A stretch of DNA of 64,000 nt from Candidatus Omnitrophota bacterium (GTDB lineage: Bacteria > Omnitrophota > Gorgyraeia > B26-G9), in assembly GCA_018817165.1 (NCBI GenBank), contig JAHITY010000061.1, positions 1,733-65,732 of the forward strand. Reading direction: 5' to 3'. Positions 10,444 through 21,288 of the stretch are shown here, piece by piece (position 1 is the stretch's first letter; every line of letters begins with the position of its first letter). The position numbers and the translations under genes are program-made. The notes under the pieces are model-generated. The model did not search any database, was not told the origin of the DNA, and saw only the letters and a program-made list of their open reading frames with translations.

Positions 10444-12018
10444 TTAATGACAAAAATGTCTTGTTCCGGTCAAAACCATTGCTATCCCGGCTTTTTCCGC
10501 TGCATCAATCACTTCCTGGTCACGAATTGAACCGCCGGGCTGAATTATCGCGGAAATCCCCGCTTTTGCTGCCTGTTCAATAGAATCCGCTTTTGGGAAA
10601 AAAGCATCACTGGCTAAAACAGCGCCCTGACAGCGAATCCCAGCTTTTCTAATCGCGATCATAACACTATCGACCCGACTCATTTGTCCAGCGCCAATAC
10701 CAACCGTTTTTGTATCTTGGCCTAAAACAATCGCGTTTGATTTAACATGTTTAACAATTGTCCAGCTAAAAACCAATGATTTCATTTGCTCTGGAGTTGG
10801 CTTTATTGATGTTACAAATTTTAAATTGTCTTGATCAAGTATTTTTATATTATTCTGCTGAACAAGTAAGCCGCCACTAACCCTCTTGTAATCAAGTTCT
10901 TGTAAATCGTTTCTATCCATACCGACAAAATCAGCAACTTCCATAATTCTAAGATTCTTTTTTTGTTTTAACATAGCCAAAGCTTCCAATGAAAATCCTG
11001 GACCAATAATACATTCTACAAAATCAGCTGAAAGAATTTCTTGCGCAGTCTCAACATCAACTTTGCGGTTAAAGCCGACAATACTGCCAAAGGCAGACAT
11101 TGGATCACAATCTAAAGCATTTTTATATGCTAAATAAAGTTTATCGGCACTTGCCGCTCCGCAGGGATTGGTGTGCTTAACAATACTCGCGGTTGGGATT
11201 TGAAAATCTTTTACAATATTAAGAGCTGCATTTAAATCGATTATATTGTTAAACGATAATTCTTTACCATGCAGCTGCCGCGCATTAGCAACGCTGGCTG
11301 CCATTGCATTTTTTTGTTTATAAAAAGCCGCTTTTTGATGCGGATTTTCTCCATAGCGTAAATCTTGCACTTTTCTAAACTGTAAATCAAGTATTTCATC
11401 CAATTGATTTTCTAAGCCTTGCGGCTTGATCTGATTCTGTAGATAATCCGCAATTGCCCGGTCATAGGCATATGTGCGCTTAAAAACCTCAGCAGCCAGG
11501 ATAGTCCTAGTCTGCGAACTTAAAGCGCCACTATTTTCTTTTAATTCTTTGATAATATCTTTATATCTTTCAGGATTACAAATAACCGCAACACTTTTCG
11601 CATTTTTTGCTGCTGATCTAAGCATCGATGGACCACCGATATCGATATTTTCAATCGCTTGCTCAAATTCCACACTTGGATCTGCCACTGTTTTTTCAAA
11701 CGGATAAAGATTAACAACCACCATATCAATAAATTCTATATTAAACTCTTTAAGCTGATCTAAATGCTTTGGATTATCCCTTAAAGCAAGCAATCCGCCA
11801 TGAATTTTAGGATGCAATGTTTTAACCCGGCCATCAAGCATTTCCGGGAATTGAGTAATATCGCTAACTGATTTTACCGGGATGCCTAATTGGGCAATTT
11901 GTTTGGCTGTGCCACCAGTTGAAATTATTTCCACTTTAAAATCATTTAAAACTTTTACTAAATCATCTAAACCGCTCTTGTCAGAAACACTGATTAATGC
12001 ACGTCTAATTCTAACCAC
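10444..12018 (-). CDS. purH: Bifunctional AICAR transformylase/IMP cyclohydrolase
   Basis: [32 protein letters not shown]; probable GTG start at 12018 after a GGAAGGA RBS. Confidence 0.97.
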   Translation of the reverse strand: MVRIRRALISVSDKSGLDDLVKVLNDFKVEIISTGGTAKQIAQLGIPVKSVSDITQFPEMLDGRVKTLHPKIHGGLLALRDNPKHLDQLKEFNIEFIDMVVVNLYPFEKTVADPSVEFEQAIENIDIGGPSMLRSAAKNAKSVAVICNPERYKDIIKELKENSGALSSQTRTILAAEVFKRTYAYDRAIADYLQNQIKPQGLENQLDEILDLQFRKVQDLRYGENPHQKAAFYKQKNAMAASVANARQLHGKELSFNNIIDLNAALNIVKDFQIPTASIVKHTNPCGAASADKLYLAYKNALDCDPMSAFGSIVGFNRKVDVETAQEILSADFVECIIGPGFSLEALAMLKQKKNLRIMEVADFVGMDRNDLQELDYKRVSGGLLVQQNNIKILDQDNLKFVTSIKPTPEQMKSLVFSWTIVKHVKSNAIVLGQDTKTVGIGAGQMSRVDSVMIAIRKAGIRCQGAVLASDAFFPKADSIEQAAKAGISAIIQPGGSIRDQEVIDAAEKAGIAMVLTGTRHFCH

Positions 12019-12056
12019 TAGCCTAATCCTTCCATTTATAATCATCCATTTATTAA

Positions 12057-13040
12057 TTAAAACTTAAAATCAAAAACATCCGGTTTTTCAAAATCAGGAA
12101 AACACACATCACTGCTAGTGAGCTCCTGAATCCAACATTTATCAAAACCCAATTGCTGCGCATATTCCACAATTAATTGATATTCCTGATGGTTTAAAAC
12201 TCTGTTTATTTTTTTAAAACTATTTGCTCTATACCGAGGCGCATATTGACTCATTAAGCTCAAACCAATATCATTGCCTATTTCTGCATGCAAAAAATCC
12301 AACACCTGTTTACTATTTGCAATATTATTCGGCAATATTAAATGGCGAACAAAAAGACCGCTGATCGCTTTTCCGGATTTATCCAGCTTAAAACCGCCAA
12401 CCTGCTTATACATAAGCAGCAGCGCTTGTTTAGCATAGTAAACATAATCCGAAACATCCGAATAACTTAACGCGGCATCCTCGCTGTCATACTTTAAATC
12501 AGGCATATATACATCAACTATCCCCTCTAGCAATTCTAGTGCTTTTGCAGAATCATAACCATTAGTATTATAGATAATCGGGATACTCAACCCTTTATTT
12601 TTAGCAATATAAATCGCCTCTATAATCATCGGCACAAAATGCGTGGGACTTACTAAATCGATATTTACCGCTTGTTCTTGTTGCAGTTTGAGCATAATAT
12701 CAGCTAATCCAATAACGCTGACCTTATTTTTAGATACCTGCTGCTGGGATATCTGGTGATTCTGACAATAAACGCAGTGCATATTACAATGAGCAAAAAA
12801 TATAGTTCCCGCTCCCGTGTTTTGAACAAAAGGCGGCTCCTCTCCATAATGGCGCTGCCAATGAGAAACTTCCGCTTGGTTGCCAGCCTTGCAGTATCCT
12901 ACTTGCCCGGCCAATCTATCTACATTGCATTGTCTTGGACATAAACAGCATTGATAAAGCATTTGGTGTGACAGCTTTATTTTCTTTACAAAAACAGCAT
13001 TTTCCAAAGCCATATATTTAGGGATATATTTGTCGATCAT
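12057..13040 (-). CDS. PflX-like radical SAM protein
   Basis: CCLCPRQC, GEEPP, CNMHCVYCQN, VRHLILP. Confidence 0.85.
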   Translation of the reverse strand: MIDKYIPKYMALENAVFVKKIKLSHQMLYQCCLCPRQCNVDRLAGQVGYCKAGNQAEVSHWQRHYGEEPPFVQNTGAGTIFFAHCNMHCVYCQNHQISQQQVSKNKVSVIGLADIMLKLQQEQAVNIDLVSPTHFVPMIIEAIYIAKNKGLSIPIIYNTNGYDSAKALELLEGIVDVYMPDLKYDSEDAALSYSDVSDYVYYAKQALLLMYKQVGGFKLDKSGKAISGLFVRHLILPNNIANSKQVLDFLHAEIGNDIGLSLMSQYAPRYRANSFKKINRVLNHQEYQLIVEYAQQLGFDKCWIQELTSSDVCFPDFEKPDVFDFKF

Positions 13041-13042
13041 CC

Positions 13043-14536
13043 TTAATCCCTGAGCTTAGAATAAACATGTCTGGCAAACTCTTCTGCCTGCTGTTTACTG
13101 CGCACACTGTTTATTGCCTGGGCTTCCTCTATTTGCGCCAAGATTTTACCAATAATTGGACCTTTAGCTAATCCTAAAAGACTCATCAGCTCATTCCCAT
13201 CGATCAATTTCTCTGTTTTATTTATGACGCTTTCCATCTGAAAAAACTCTATAATAATTTTAAAAAGCTCTTCCTCATAAAAAATAAAATTTTTCGTTTT
13301 GCTTAAATTGCCCTGCATTGCCCATCGATCAGCGATGGTTAAAAGCAAAATCAATACCGCATTCTCCCCAGTATCTCTGATAAATCTAAATTTAGATCTT
13401 TTACTTGGTCTGCGATTCACAAGCTGTCCTGCTCTTAAATGATACAAGACCATATTGCTCAGAACGTAAATCTCTTTTCTCGATAATTTAAGCCTTTTGC
13501 CGATTTTTCTTACTATCAAAGATCCTTGTTTTTCATGGGTATAAAAATGTACTTTATGATCATCCCCCACAAACCGTGTCTGGGGTTTGGCAATATCATG
13601 CAGCAAACAGGCTAGTTTTAAAAGCCAAAGCCTTGATCTGTTCCCGCAAAGTTCTTCAGCCAAATACGCTTTCACTCTATCCGCAAATTCAGCCGGGATT
13701 TTCTCAGGTAAAACTTTTAACAATTTTTCTAACTGAGCCAAGCTTTCCAAGGAATGATCCCAGACATCGAGATGATGGAACAATCCCTGATCAACACCTC
13801 TTAAAGCCTTGATCTCAGGTAAGATCACATCCCAAACGCCAAAGCTATCCATTTGAAGAATATGCTTATAAGCACTTCTTCCTGATAATATCTTGGCTAA
13901 CTCTTCGGCTATACGCTCGGATGAAACATCCGCAATTCTAAACACATTATTCTTAACCAAGGCTGATGTTTGTTGATCAAAACAAAAGCCCCATTGACAA
14001 CAAAATGCATATCCTCTAAGAATCCGTAAAGGATCATCTTTAAAATTTTCCTTGCTAGTAATTTTTAATTTTTTGTTTTTTATATCAGTAATCGCATTAA
14101 AGTAATCAATTATTTCCGCCCTGCCATAAAACAAATCCTGCACTTCAACACAAAGGCTATTGATCGTAAAGTCCCGCTTTTTAAGATCACCCCGAAGCGT
14201 TTTTGCTCTGAAATCTGTAAAATCTAATCTGAATTCCTGGGCAGCTTTATGATAAATAACTCTAGCTGTTTTATGAGTTTCATCTAAAACAACATAATGC
14301 GCGTCAATCTTACGCGCTAATTGTTTGGCAAACTCAAGCGCTCCAGATTTAACCGCGAAATCCCAATCAATTACTCTTTTATAATAATCTTGCTTTATAA
14401 ATAAATCTCTCAATGCCCCGCCGACTAAATATACCCGCAGTTTTTTCTCTTTAGAAATATTGAGAATATGCTCTAATATATTATCATTTTCAAACTTTTT
14501 TAATTTTTTATAATACTTATTAATCGCTTTATCCAT
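13043..14536 (-). CDS. Class II tRNA nucleotidyltransferase with HD domain (probably CC-adding type)
   Basis: VGGALRD, DWD, RDFTINSL, DDPLRILR, ERIAEE, LLHDIAKP; probable start ATG 14536 coupled to the upstream stop. Confidence 0.85.
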   Translation of the reverse strand: MDKAINKYYKKLKKFENDNILEHILNISKEKKLRVYLVGGALRDLFIKQDYYKRVIDWDFAVKSGALEFAKQLARKIDAHYVVLDETHKTARVIYHKAAQEFRLDFTDFRAKTLRGDLKKRDFTINSLCVEVQDLFYGRAEIIDYFNAITDIKNKKLKITSKENFKDDPLRILRGYAFCCQWGFCFDQQTSALVKNNVFRIADVSSERIAEELAKILSGRSAYKHILQMDSFGVWDVILPEIKALRGVDQGLFHHLDVWDHSLESLAQLEKLLKVLPEKIPAEFADRVKAYLAEELCGNRSRLWLLKLACLLHDIAKPQTRFVGDDHKVHFYTHEKQGSLIVRKIGKRLKLSRKEIYVLSNMVLYHLRAGQLVNRRPSKRSKFRFIRDTGENAVLILLLTIADRWAMQGNLSKTKNFIFYEEELFKIIIEFFQMESVINKTEKLIDGNELMSLLGLAKGPIIGKILAQIEEAQAINSVRSKQQAEEFARHVYSKLRD

Positions 14537-14936
14537 TGAGAAATTGGAGTTTTTCAAATACTTCCTCTTCAACAAATACTGGAGCATTTAAACGCAAGGC
14601 TAAAGCAATGCTATCACTCGGACGAGCATCAAGATCTAACAATGCACTATCAGACTTAAGTCTGATCATCAAACGGGCATAAAAAGTATTGCCCTCCAGC
14701 TTATTTATAATAACTTGTTCCAGCTTAGCGCCAATTTTTTCGATTAAATTACTCAGCAGATCGTGGGTTAAAGGTCTGGGGCAACGCAAATTGCTTACTT
14801 TCATTTTTATTGCAGCAGCCTCTGCTACCCCGATTATGATTGGCATTTGCCTCTGCCCATCTTTTTCCTTGAGGATAATTATCTGATCATGCTTATTTTC
14901 ATGCATAATTATTTTAAAAAGCTCTACCCTAACCAT
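14529..14936 (-). CDS. Bifunctional nuclease family (DUF151) protein
   Basis: PIIIGVAEA, RPLTHDLL, DARPSDSIALA; probable start 14936. Confidence 0.9.
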   Translation of the reverse strand: MVRVELFKIIMHENKHDQIIILKEKDGQRQMPIIIGVAEAAAIKMKVSNLRCPRPLTHDLLSNLIEKIGAKLEQVIINKLEGNTFYARLMIRLKSDSALLDLDARPSDSIALALRLNAPVFVEEEVFEKLQFLNG

Positions 14937-14974
14937 TGCCAACCCTTTCCTATATAACAAAATAATCCTTAAAA

Positions 14975-15592
14975 TCAACCTATCCCAATTGTTTCAAATA
15001 ATACTCCTAATGTCTTAGGATCGGGGATAAGCAATAACTTCCCTGACAAACTTGAGGGGTCACTGGTAAAGGAAACATTAATGCTAATACCTTCATTATG
15101 ACAAATATTATCTCTAAGAAAATCAATAGTTTCTGTATGATTAAAACTTACTTTCGGCACACCACAGCATGTCTTAAGATTGAACATAGAATCTATAGCG
15201 GAAAAGTATGTTGCCGCAATAACAGTAGAAAGTTCCGAAAAAATACTTTCCTGGTCTTTCAGGGTAAGATTTTCAGCATCAACCTTTTCCAAATCATCCG
15301 CGTTTATAAATTTATTCATCAGTTGAATTGCGTCTTTATGGGATAAAATAATCAGTATTTCAGTCAGGTCAGAAATAGCCGCTACAGTAAGATAGGCTAC
15401 GACAATCCCTCCATTTTGATTTTCAGTATGCAATAATTGTTCTTTAGAAAAAGCATCTAATGCCGGCAAGGAAATATCAATCTTTTCCTTTGATATTTCA
15501 CCAATCGCTGTTGCAACATGGCTTATTCCAATATTTGCCATTTCTTTTAATGCTGAGCTTTGGATCTCATCAAATTGTTCTACCCATTCCAT
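14975..15592 (-). CDS. CheC-like phosphatase family protein (divergent)
   Basis: SALKEMANIG...ATAI repeat; second repeat degenerate (SIFSELSTV); LLLIPD C-terminus. Confidence 0.7.
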   Translation of the reverse strand: MEWVEQFDEIQSSALKEMANIGISHVATAIGEISKEKIDISLPALDAFSKEQLLHTENQNGGIVVAYLTVAAISDLTEILIILSHKDAIQLMNKFINADDLEKVDAENLTLKDQESIFSELSTVIAATYFSAIDSMFNLKTCCGVPKVSFNHTETIDFLRDNICHNEGISINVSFTSDPSSLSGKLLLIPDPKTLGVLFETIGIG

Positions 15593-15989
15593 TTTTAACT
15601 CCTTTTTGCTTTACAAAATCAGAAATCAATTCTTTATAGCGCCGATCTTCTCTGAGATAAAATAAATCCGGATCATTATCTAGGTGCTGAAAATCATTAT
15701 ACCCGAGCGCTATTGCCTTCTTTAAAGCAGAAAAAGCTTTATCTAGCTGCCCCAACAAAGAACAACTACATGACAAATTATACTGAATTGTAGGATCATC
15801 CGGTTTTAGCTTTGCCAAGCGTTTATCGATTAATAGTCCATTACTGTATTGCCCTGCTTTTGTATAAGCCTCCGCAAGCGGAACCAGCGCATCTACATAA
15901 TTAGAGTTGTCCTTTAAAAGCTTCTCAAAAAACTCTATCTCAAAATAAGCTGCTGAATTTTTATTTAAAGATTTTTTATTTTTTTTCAT
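15570..15989 (-). CDS. Small TPR protein
   Basis: TPR helices, YNLSCSCSLLG...A...LKKAI.LGY...DPDL pattern. Confidence 0.75.
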   Translation of the reverse strand: MKKNKKSLNKNSAAYFEIEFFEKLLKDNSNYVDALVPLAEAYTKAGQYSNGLLIDKRLAKLKPDDPTIQYNLSCSCSLLGQLDKAFSALKKAIALGYNDFQHLDNDPDLFYLREDRRYKELISDFVKQKGVKNGMGRTI

Positions 15990-16088
15990 TTCAATTCTCT
16001 CTATTATTTGAAGTTATCTTCATTTTAATTTTTATGATTAAATTAAATATACTTTCTAAATTATATCCTTCTTGAACTATTCAGGCTA

Positions 16089-16760
16089 TTAACCGCCTCC
16101 TAAAAGAAAATATTCTCCCACCCCAATCAACATTAGACCAAATAACTTTTTTATTTTTTCCATCCATTGCCCGGAGCGAGGCATCTTTTTTAACAGGCCA
16201 ATAAATATTCCGAGAATTAATAAAGGAAAACCCATACCCAGAGCATAAACAAACAATAAACTTATTCCCAAACCAATATTTTGTTTGCTCGCAACATAAG
16301 CCAAAATCCCCCCTAAAACAGGGGTCGAACATGGTCCCACCACCAATCCGGATAAAGCTCCGGTCAAAAATGCTCCTGCCGCGCCTGACTTATCTGTGCT
16401 TTTAATTTTCCCCAGCAAAGAGAACTGCGGCATTCTAAAAACTTCCAACATAAAAAGACCCATCAAGATAAAAATATTAGCAATTATAAATCTTGTCCAA
16501 AAGCTATGTTGAAAACTGCCAAATAATTCCCCACTGAGTGCCGCTAACGCTCCTAACAAAGCATAAACTATTGCCAGTCCCAAAATATAACTTAATGAAA
16601 TCAAAATAATCTCTGTTTTACTTTTTAAATTTGCGGTCCCAAGGCAACTGACAATTACCGGCATTATCGGATAAACACAAGGTGTAAAACAAATTAAAAC
16701 CCCAAATGTAAATACGGCAATATATGTAAATATCGAAATATTATCTGATAATACTTGCAT
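16089..16760 (-). CDS. ccdA: CcdA/DsbD transmembrane thiol:disulfide exchange protein
   Basis: FTPCVYP and GPCSTP redox cysteines, about six TM helices. Confidence 0.85.
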   Translation of the reverse strand: MQVLSDNISIFTYIAVFTFGVLICFTPCVYPIMPVIVSCLGTANLKSKTEIILISLSYILGLAIVYALLGALAALSGELFGSFQHSFWTRFIIANIFILMGLFMLEVFRMPQFSLLGKIKSTDKSGAAGAFLTGALSGLVVGPCSTPVLGGILAYVASKQNIGLGISLLFVYALGMGFPLLILGIFIGLLKKMPRSGQWMEKIKKLFGLMLIGVGEYFLLGGG

Positions 16761-16787
16761 AAACCGCTATCTCCCCTTAATCTGACA

Positions 16788-17459
16788 TTATTTCCTGTTT
16801 TTCACAAAAAATGTTTTTAAAACAGCTCCCCCAATAAAACCCCCAATATGAGCCCACCAAGCAACCCCCGAGCTTTGAGTTTCAATCAGAGTATAATAAC
16901 CCGCTAAAAACTGAATTAAAAACCATATTCCCAAAAAAAAGAATGCAGGAACATCAGCAATAGTCCAGAAAATAAACACTGGCAATATTGTAACAATTTT
17001 AGCTTTGGGTGAAAGCAGAAAATATGCACCCAAAACCCCTGCTATACAGCCGCTGGCTCCGATTACAGGTATTGTGGAACTCAAATTCATGATAATATGC
17101 ATACTAGTACCGATTATTCCACATAAAAAATAGAACAATAAGTATCTTAAGTGACCTAACCGATACTCTACATTATCACCAAACACCCATAAGTACCACA
17201 TATTTCCAATTAAATGTAGCCACCCGGAATGAATAAAAAGCGAAATTATCAAAGAAAATATTTTATTTATTACAGTTGCCCAAGTTATCTCATCCCAAAA
17301 AATAAAATAAGCCGGAACTAAAGCATATTTATCAATAAACAAGATTAACCCATTACCCAAAAATATTTCTTTGAAAAAAATATATATATTAACTAAAATC
17401 AAAGCAATTGTGATAATCGGGATATGCTTTGACCTTAGCTTATCTCGCAGTGGTATCAA
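16788..17459 (-). CDS. Rhomboid intramembrane serine protease
   Basis: HSGWLHLIGNM, GASG, AWWAHIGG. Confidence 0.92.
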   Translation of the reverse strand: MIPLRDKLRSKHIPIITIALILVNIYIFFKEIFLGNGLILFIDKYALVPAYFIFWDEITWATVINKIFSLIISLFIHSGWLHLIGNMWYLWVFGDNVEYRLGHLRYLLFYFLCGIIGTSMHIIMNLSSTIPVIGASGCIAGVLGAYFLLSPKAKIVTILPVFIFWTIADVPAFFFLGIWFLIQFLAGYYTLIETQSSGVAWWAHIGGFIGGAVLKTFFVKNRK

Positions 17460-17753
17460 TATGAAACTCCTTATTAATCCTTAGCTTAGAGCTATATTTT
17501 ATCAAATTATTGAGTTTTCTGCAACACAATTTGCCAGGGAGGATATTAAGCGCATTTGGCTAAAGAAACTTGTAATTATAATACCCTACAAATAAACACT
17601 TTATAACTACAGCTCATGTTTTATGATTTATTTAAAATTACTTTCAGTTCCGCAGACTAATCTTCCGGCGAAACCGCACCCGATAAATCAACCATAAATA
17701 AGCCGGAATGTTTCTGCCTTAAAGTTAAATACAGGCTTCTTCAGCTTTTATAT

Positions 17754-18413
17754 TTATATGATCTCTTGATTTTTCTTCAGATTATACGCGCAAAAATGAT
17801 TTATTTTACAGATTCCACATTGAGGTTCACGTGCACGGCAAATACTTCTGCCATGAGCGATAAATAAATCATTTACCTTGCCCCATTGCTTCCGAGCGAT
17901 AAGTTCCATTAGATCCTGCTCGATTTTACAAGGATTATTAGCTTGAGTCAACCCCAGCCTCTGACTTAAGCGCTTCACGTGAGTATCAACGGCAATCCCT
18001 TCATTTTTGCCAAAAGCATTATATAATATTATATTCGCTGTTTTTCTGCCAACTCCCGGCAGAGAAGTAAGTTCCTGCATATCGCGAGGGACAATCCCCT
18101 TGTATTTTATACAAATAATTCTTGCTGTTTGAATAATATTTTTTGCTTTACTATGAAACAACCCTAAAGAGCGGATTTCATTCTCCAAGGCATTAAACCG
18201 AGCACTCGCATAGTCACTCGCTGTTTTATAATTAAGAAACAATTTCCGGGTAATCTGATTAACTCTAATATCAGTACACTGGGCAGATAATATAGTTGCC
18301 ACAAGTAATTCTATATTTGTCCTAAAGTCAAGGGCTATCTTAGCTTCTGGATACAGTTTACATAATTTTTTTAAAATAATAATTCCTAAGTTAACCTTTG
18401 TTTGTTCGTGCAT
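17754..18413 (-). CDS. nth: Endonuclease III
   Basis: LSAQCTD, LPGVGRKTAN, VDTHV, C-terminal Fe-S cysteines. Confidence 0.95.
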   Translation of the reverse strand: MHEQTKVNLGIIILKKLCKLYPEAKIALDFRTNIELLVATILSAQCTDIRVNQITRKLFLNYKTASDYASARFNALENEIRSLGLFHSKAKNIIQTARIICIKYKGIVPRDMQELTSLPGVGRKTANIILYNAFGKNEGIAVDTHVKRLSQRLGLTQANNPCKIEQDLMELIARKQWGKVNDLFIAHGRSICRAREPQCGICKINHFCAYNLKKNQEII

Positions 18414-18528
18414 AATTTACCGTTTTTCTTAGAATTGCTTTTAATCTAAATATTCTTTAAAAAAATATTTGCAATAAATTTTATTTCCCAGTATAATAAA
18501 ATTTAATTATTACAAAAGGAGGTTTCAA

Positions 18529-18717
18529 ATGAAAGCAATAGTCGATGCAGATGCCTGTGTAGGTTGTGGACTTTGCGCAAATATATGCGCTGAAGTATAT
18601 CAAATGCAAGACGATAAAGCTATTGTTATTGGTAATTCTATTGCCGATAATTTAGTTGAGTCTGCAAAAGAAGCAGCTACCAGCTGTCCTGTTGAAGCAA
18701 TAAAAATTGAGGGCTAG
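18529..18717 (+). CDS. Single-cluster ferredoxin
   Basis: CVGCGLC...CP; strong AAGGAGGT RBS. Confidence 0.9.
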   Translation: MKAIVDADACVGCGLCANICAEVYQMQDDKAIVIGNSIADNLVESAKEAATSCPVEAIKIEG

Positions 18718-18737
18718 GCTCAAAGCCCTCAATTTTT
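18702..18737. terminator. Bidirectional intrinsic terminator between convergent genes
   Basis: Inverted repeat AAAAATTGAGGGCT...AGCCCTCAATTTTT. Confidence 0.65.
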
Positions 18738-18775
18738 ATTCCAAAAACAGATCCACTAAGTTTATACCTGCCATA

Positions 18776-19582
18776 TTAATACTTTTTATTAATTAAATAG
18801 TTAAGATCATCCCAAGGCTTATGGCTACCTTGAATTGCTACAATTAGTTTGCGATTTCTACTAGTAAACGCACCTAAAAAACAATGCCCTGCTTTGGTTG
18901 TATAACCTGTTTTCCCAATTAAATCATTAGAATCGCGCCAAAGAAACTTATTATGATTCTTAATGCTGATAACTTTTTTATCACTACCCGCAACTTCAGT
19001 CATTTTAGTTTGCATTATGGAAACTAGCTGACGATTATTCATACAGGCTTTCATAAATAAAGCAAGATCATACGCTGTTGAATATTGTCTTTTTTTATAT
19101 TCCGGCAACCCAGTAGCATTCAGAAAAAAACTATCTTTTGCTCCCATTTTCTTTGCTTGTTCATTCATTCGCAATGAAAATTGAAACTCTGTCTGAGCCA
19201 TTGCTTCTGCCAAAACTACCCCAGCATCATTAGCAGATGCCATTAATAAACATTTGATCAGATCAATCACTTTATATTCTGCTTTTTCAGTCAAATACAC
19301 TTTGCTGGGCGCAATTCCAGCAGCCCTCTTGCTAATCGTTAAATAACTATTAAGATCAAGATTGTTCGCAGACATAATTGCGGTTAAAACCTTAACCGTG
19401 CTAGCGGCGGGCATCCGCACATTAGCGTTCCGGCTATAAAGAACCTTTCCAGTAGCCGCATCCATGATTATTGCTGATTTAGCCGTAAGCCCTTCCTTAA
19501 CGGCAAATGCCTGCGGACATAAAAAAATTGTCATTACTAAAATAATCAAAAATATTTTCATTAATTGTTTTAATCTTTGCAT
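18776..19582 (-). CDS. D-alanyl-D-alanine carboxypeptidase (peptidase S11)
   Basis: Signal peptide, ASTVK (SxxK), SAN, KTG. Confidence 0.9.
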   Translation of the reverse strand: MQRLKQLMKIFLIILVMTIFLCPQAFAVKEGLTAKSAIIMDAATGKVLYSRNANVRMPAASTVKVLTAIMSANNLDLNSYLTISKRAAGIAPSKVYLTEKAEYKVIDLIKCLLMASANDAGVVLAEAMAQTEFQFSLRMNEQAKKMGAKDSFFLNATGLPEYKKRQYSTAYDLALFMKACMNNRQLVSIMQTKMTEVAGSDKKVISIKNHNKFLWRDSNDLIGKTGYTTKAGHCFLGAFTSRNRKLIVAIQGSHKPWDDLNYLINKKY

Positions 19583-19592
19583 AGCGGATTAT

Positions 19593-19785
19593 TTAATCTC
19601 CTATAAATGTAAGAATTATTTCTCTCTGCCTTGGGCGAGTATAAAATTCAACAAGAACAACTTGTTGCCAAGTTCCAAGAAGTAACACTTTTTTTTCAAA
19701 ATGAACAATAATGGAAGGGCCCTGAATTGCCGCCCGGACATGACTAAAACCTTTGCGCCATTCCATGTTTGATTATGCTTATAAT
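19593..19785 (-). pseudogene. YjbQ/UPF0047 family gene remnant (C-terminal part only)
   Basis: Manual translation: GFSHVRAAIQGPSIIVHFEKKVLLLGTWQQVVLVEFYTRPRQREIILTFIGD*; upstream YKHNQTW in another frame, preceded by a stop. Confidence 0.75.
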
Positions 19786-19930
19786 ATCATGTTTTTAGTA
19801 AAATTAGAATTTATTTTAGTAAGCATTTGCTTATTATCATTTTTTATTTTATTGACTGATTTGAAATATAAAGCTATAATTTTTGATATTACTAATAACC
19901 TAACTCTTCACTAACCTTTTAGGAACTAAT

Positions 19931-20491
19931 ATGAAAAGTGAAAACTATAGCAAAGACAAAAAACAGCTTCTGGCAATTCTTAAAAAGTTATCTTTTAAAA
20001 AGCAATCTGTAGTTTTAGCTAGCGGCAAAACTAGCGACTATTATTTTGATGGGCGGATAAGCAGCCTTTCCAGTCAAGGATCTTATCTAATGGCTAAAAT
20101 TATTCTCAATATGATAAAAGATGACAAGATCACTGCTATCGGGGGATTAACTCTGGGTGCTGACCCGATTATTGGCGCAACCGTAGCCCTTAGTTATAAA
20201 ACCAGTACGCCGCTCAATGGTTTCATTGTGCGCAAAAACGAAAAAAAACACGGAATGCAAAAAATCATTGAAGGACCTGAACTAAAGAAATCAAGCAAAG
20301 TACTGATAATTGATGATGTAGTCACTACCGGTTCTTCGACAATTCAAGCAATTGAATCTGTTAAAAAAATAGGGTGCAAAATAGTCAGAGTTATTGCTAT
20401 TGTCGACAGATGTGAAGGGGCAAAAGAAAACATTGGTAAAATGGGATGCAAATTAGAATCTATATTTACAATTGAAGATTTCAATATTTAG
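19931..20491 (+). CDS. pyrE: Orotate phosphoribosyltransferase
   Basis: LASGKTSDYYFD, VRKNEKKHG, IIDDVVTTGSS. Confidence 0.95.
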   Translation: MKSENYSKDKKQLLAILKKLSFKKQSVVLASGKTSDYYFDGRISSLSSQGSYLMAKIILNMIKDDKITAIGGLTLGADPIIGATVALSYKTSTPLNGFIVRKNEKKHGMQKIIEGPELKKSSKVLIIDDVVTTGSSTIQAIESVKKIGCKIVRVIAIVDRCEGAKENIGKMGCKLESIFTIEDFNI

Positions 20492-20544
20492 CTATTATTA
20501 AAGTTTTAAAATTGTTCAAACTTTAACTGATTTAAGGAAAAATT

Positions 20545-21288
20545 ATGGATGTTATAGGCATAATACCAGCAAGATATGGGTCAACCCGTCTCCCGGCTAA
20601 AGCATTAGCTGATATTTTAGGTAAACCAATGATCCAGCATATCTATGAGCGAGCCAAACAAGCTTCCATCTTGGATGATGTTATTGTCGCTACAGATGAT
20701 ACGAGAATTAAGGCTGCTGTAGAAAAATTTAGCGGCAAGGTTGTCTTAACCTCCAAAGAACATTCTTCCGGAACAGAACGTTTAACCGAAGTAGTCTTTG
20801 ATCTTGATGTCAAAATAGTTGTCAATATCCAAGGAGATGAACCTCTAATCGAACCTTCGATGATTAATGATGTTGCTTATGCTTTACTTGAAAATGAAAA
20901 TCTAGTAATGTCCACGCTTAAACACCCTATAACAAATCAAGAAGATTACATGAATCCTAATATTGTTAAGGTGGTCACAAACAAAGATAATTTCGCTCTT
21001 TATTTTTCCCGTTCCCCAATCCCAAATATTTTGCGTAAAAATAGCGCCATCCCTAATTATCTATATAAACACTTGGGCATCTATGCCTACACTAAAGATT
21101 TTCTCCTAACGTTTAAGGGCTTAAAAATATCTAAACTTGAAGAGGCTGAATCACTCGAACAATTACGAGCCTTAGAGCATGGATATCCAATCAAGGTTAT
21201 TGAAACAAAACATAACTCTGTAGGGGTAGACACAGAAGAAGATCTACAAAGAGTAATAGAAATTCTTAAATCAAAGACAAACTTTTAA
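20545..21288 (+). CDS. kdsB: 3-deoxy-manno-octulosonate cytidylyltransferase
   Basis: IPARYGSTRLPAK, NIQGDEP, YFSRSPIP, LEQLRALE. Confidence 0.95.
   Translation: MDVIGIIPARYGSTRLPAKALADILGKPMIQHIYERAKQASILDDVIVATDDTRIKAAVEKFSGKVVLTSKEHSSGTERLTEVVFDLDVKIVVNIQGDEPLIEPSMINDVAYALLENENLVMSTLKHPITNQEDYMNPNIVKVVTNKDNFALYFSRSPIPNILRKNSAIPNYLYKHLGIYAYTKDFLLTFKGLKISKLEEAESLEQLRALEHGYPIKVIETKHNSVGVDTEEDLQRVIEILKSKTNF

Noticed and set aside
17460-17753. Possible gene remnant or ncRNA between nth and the rhomboid gene
   Set aside because: Short interrupted frames and no family or structure I can recognise.
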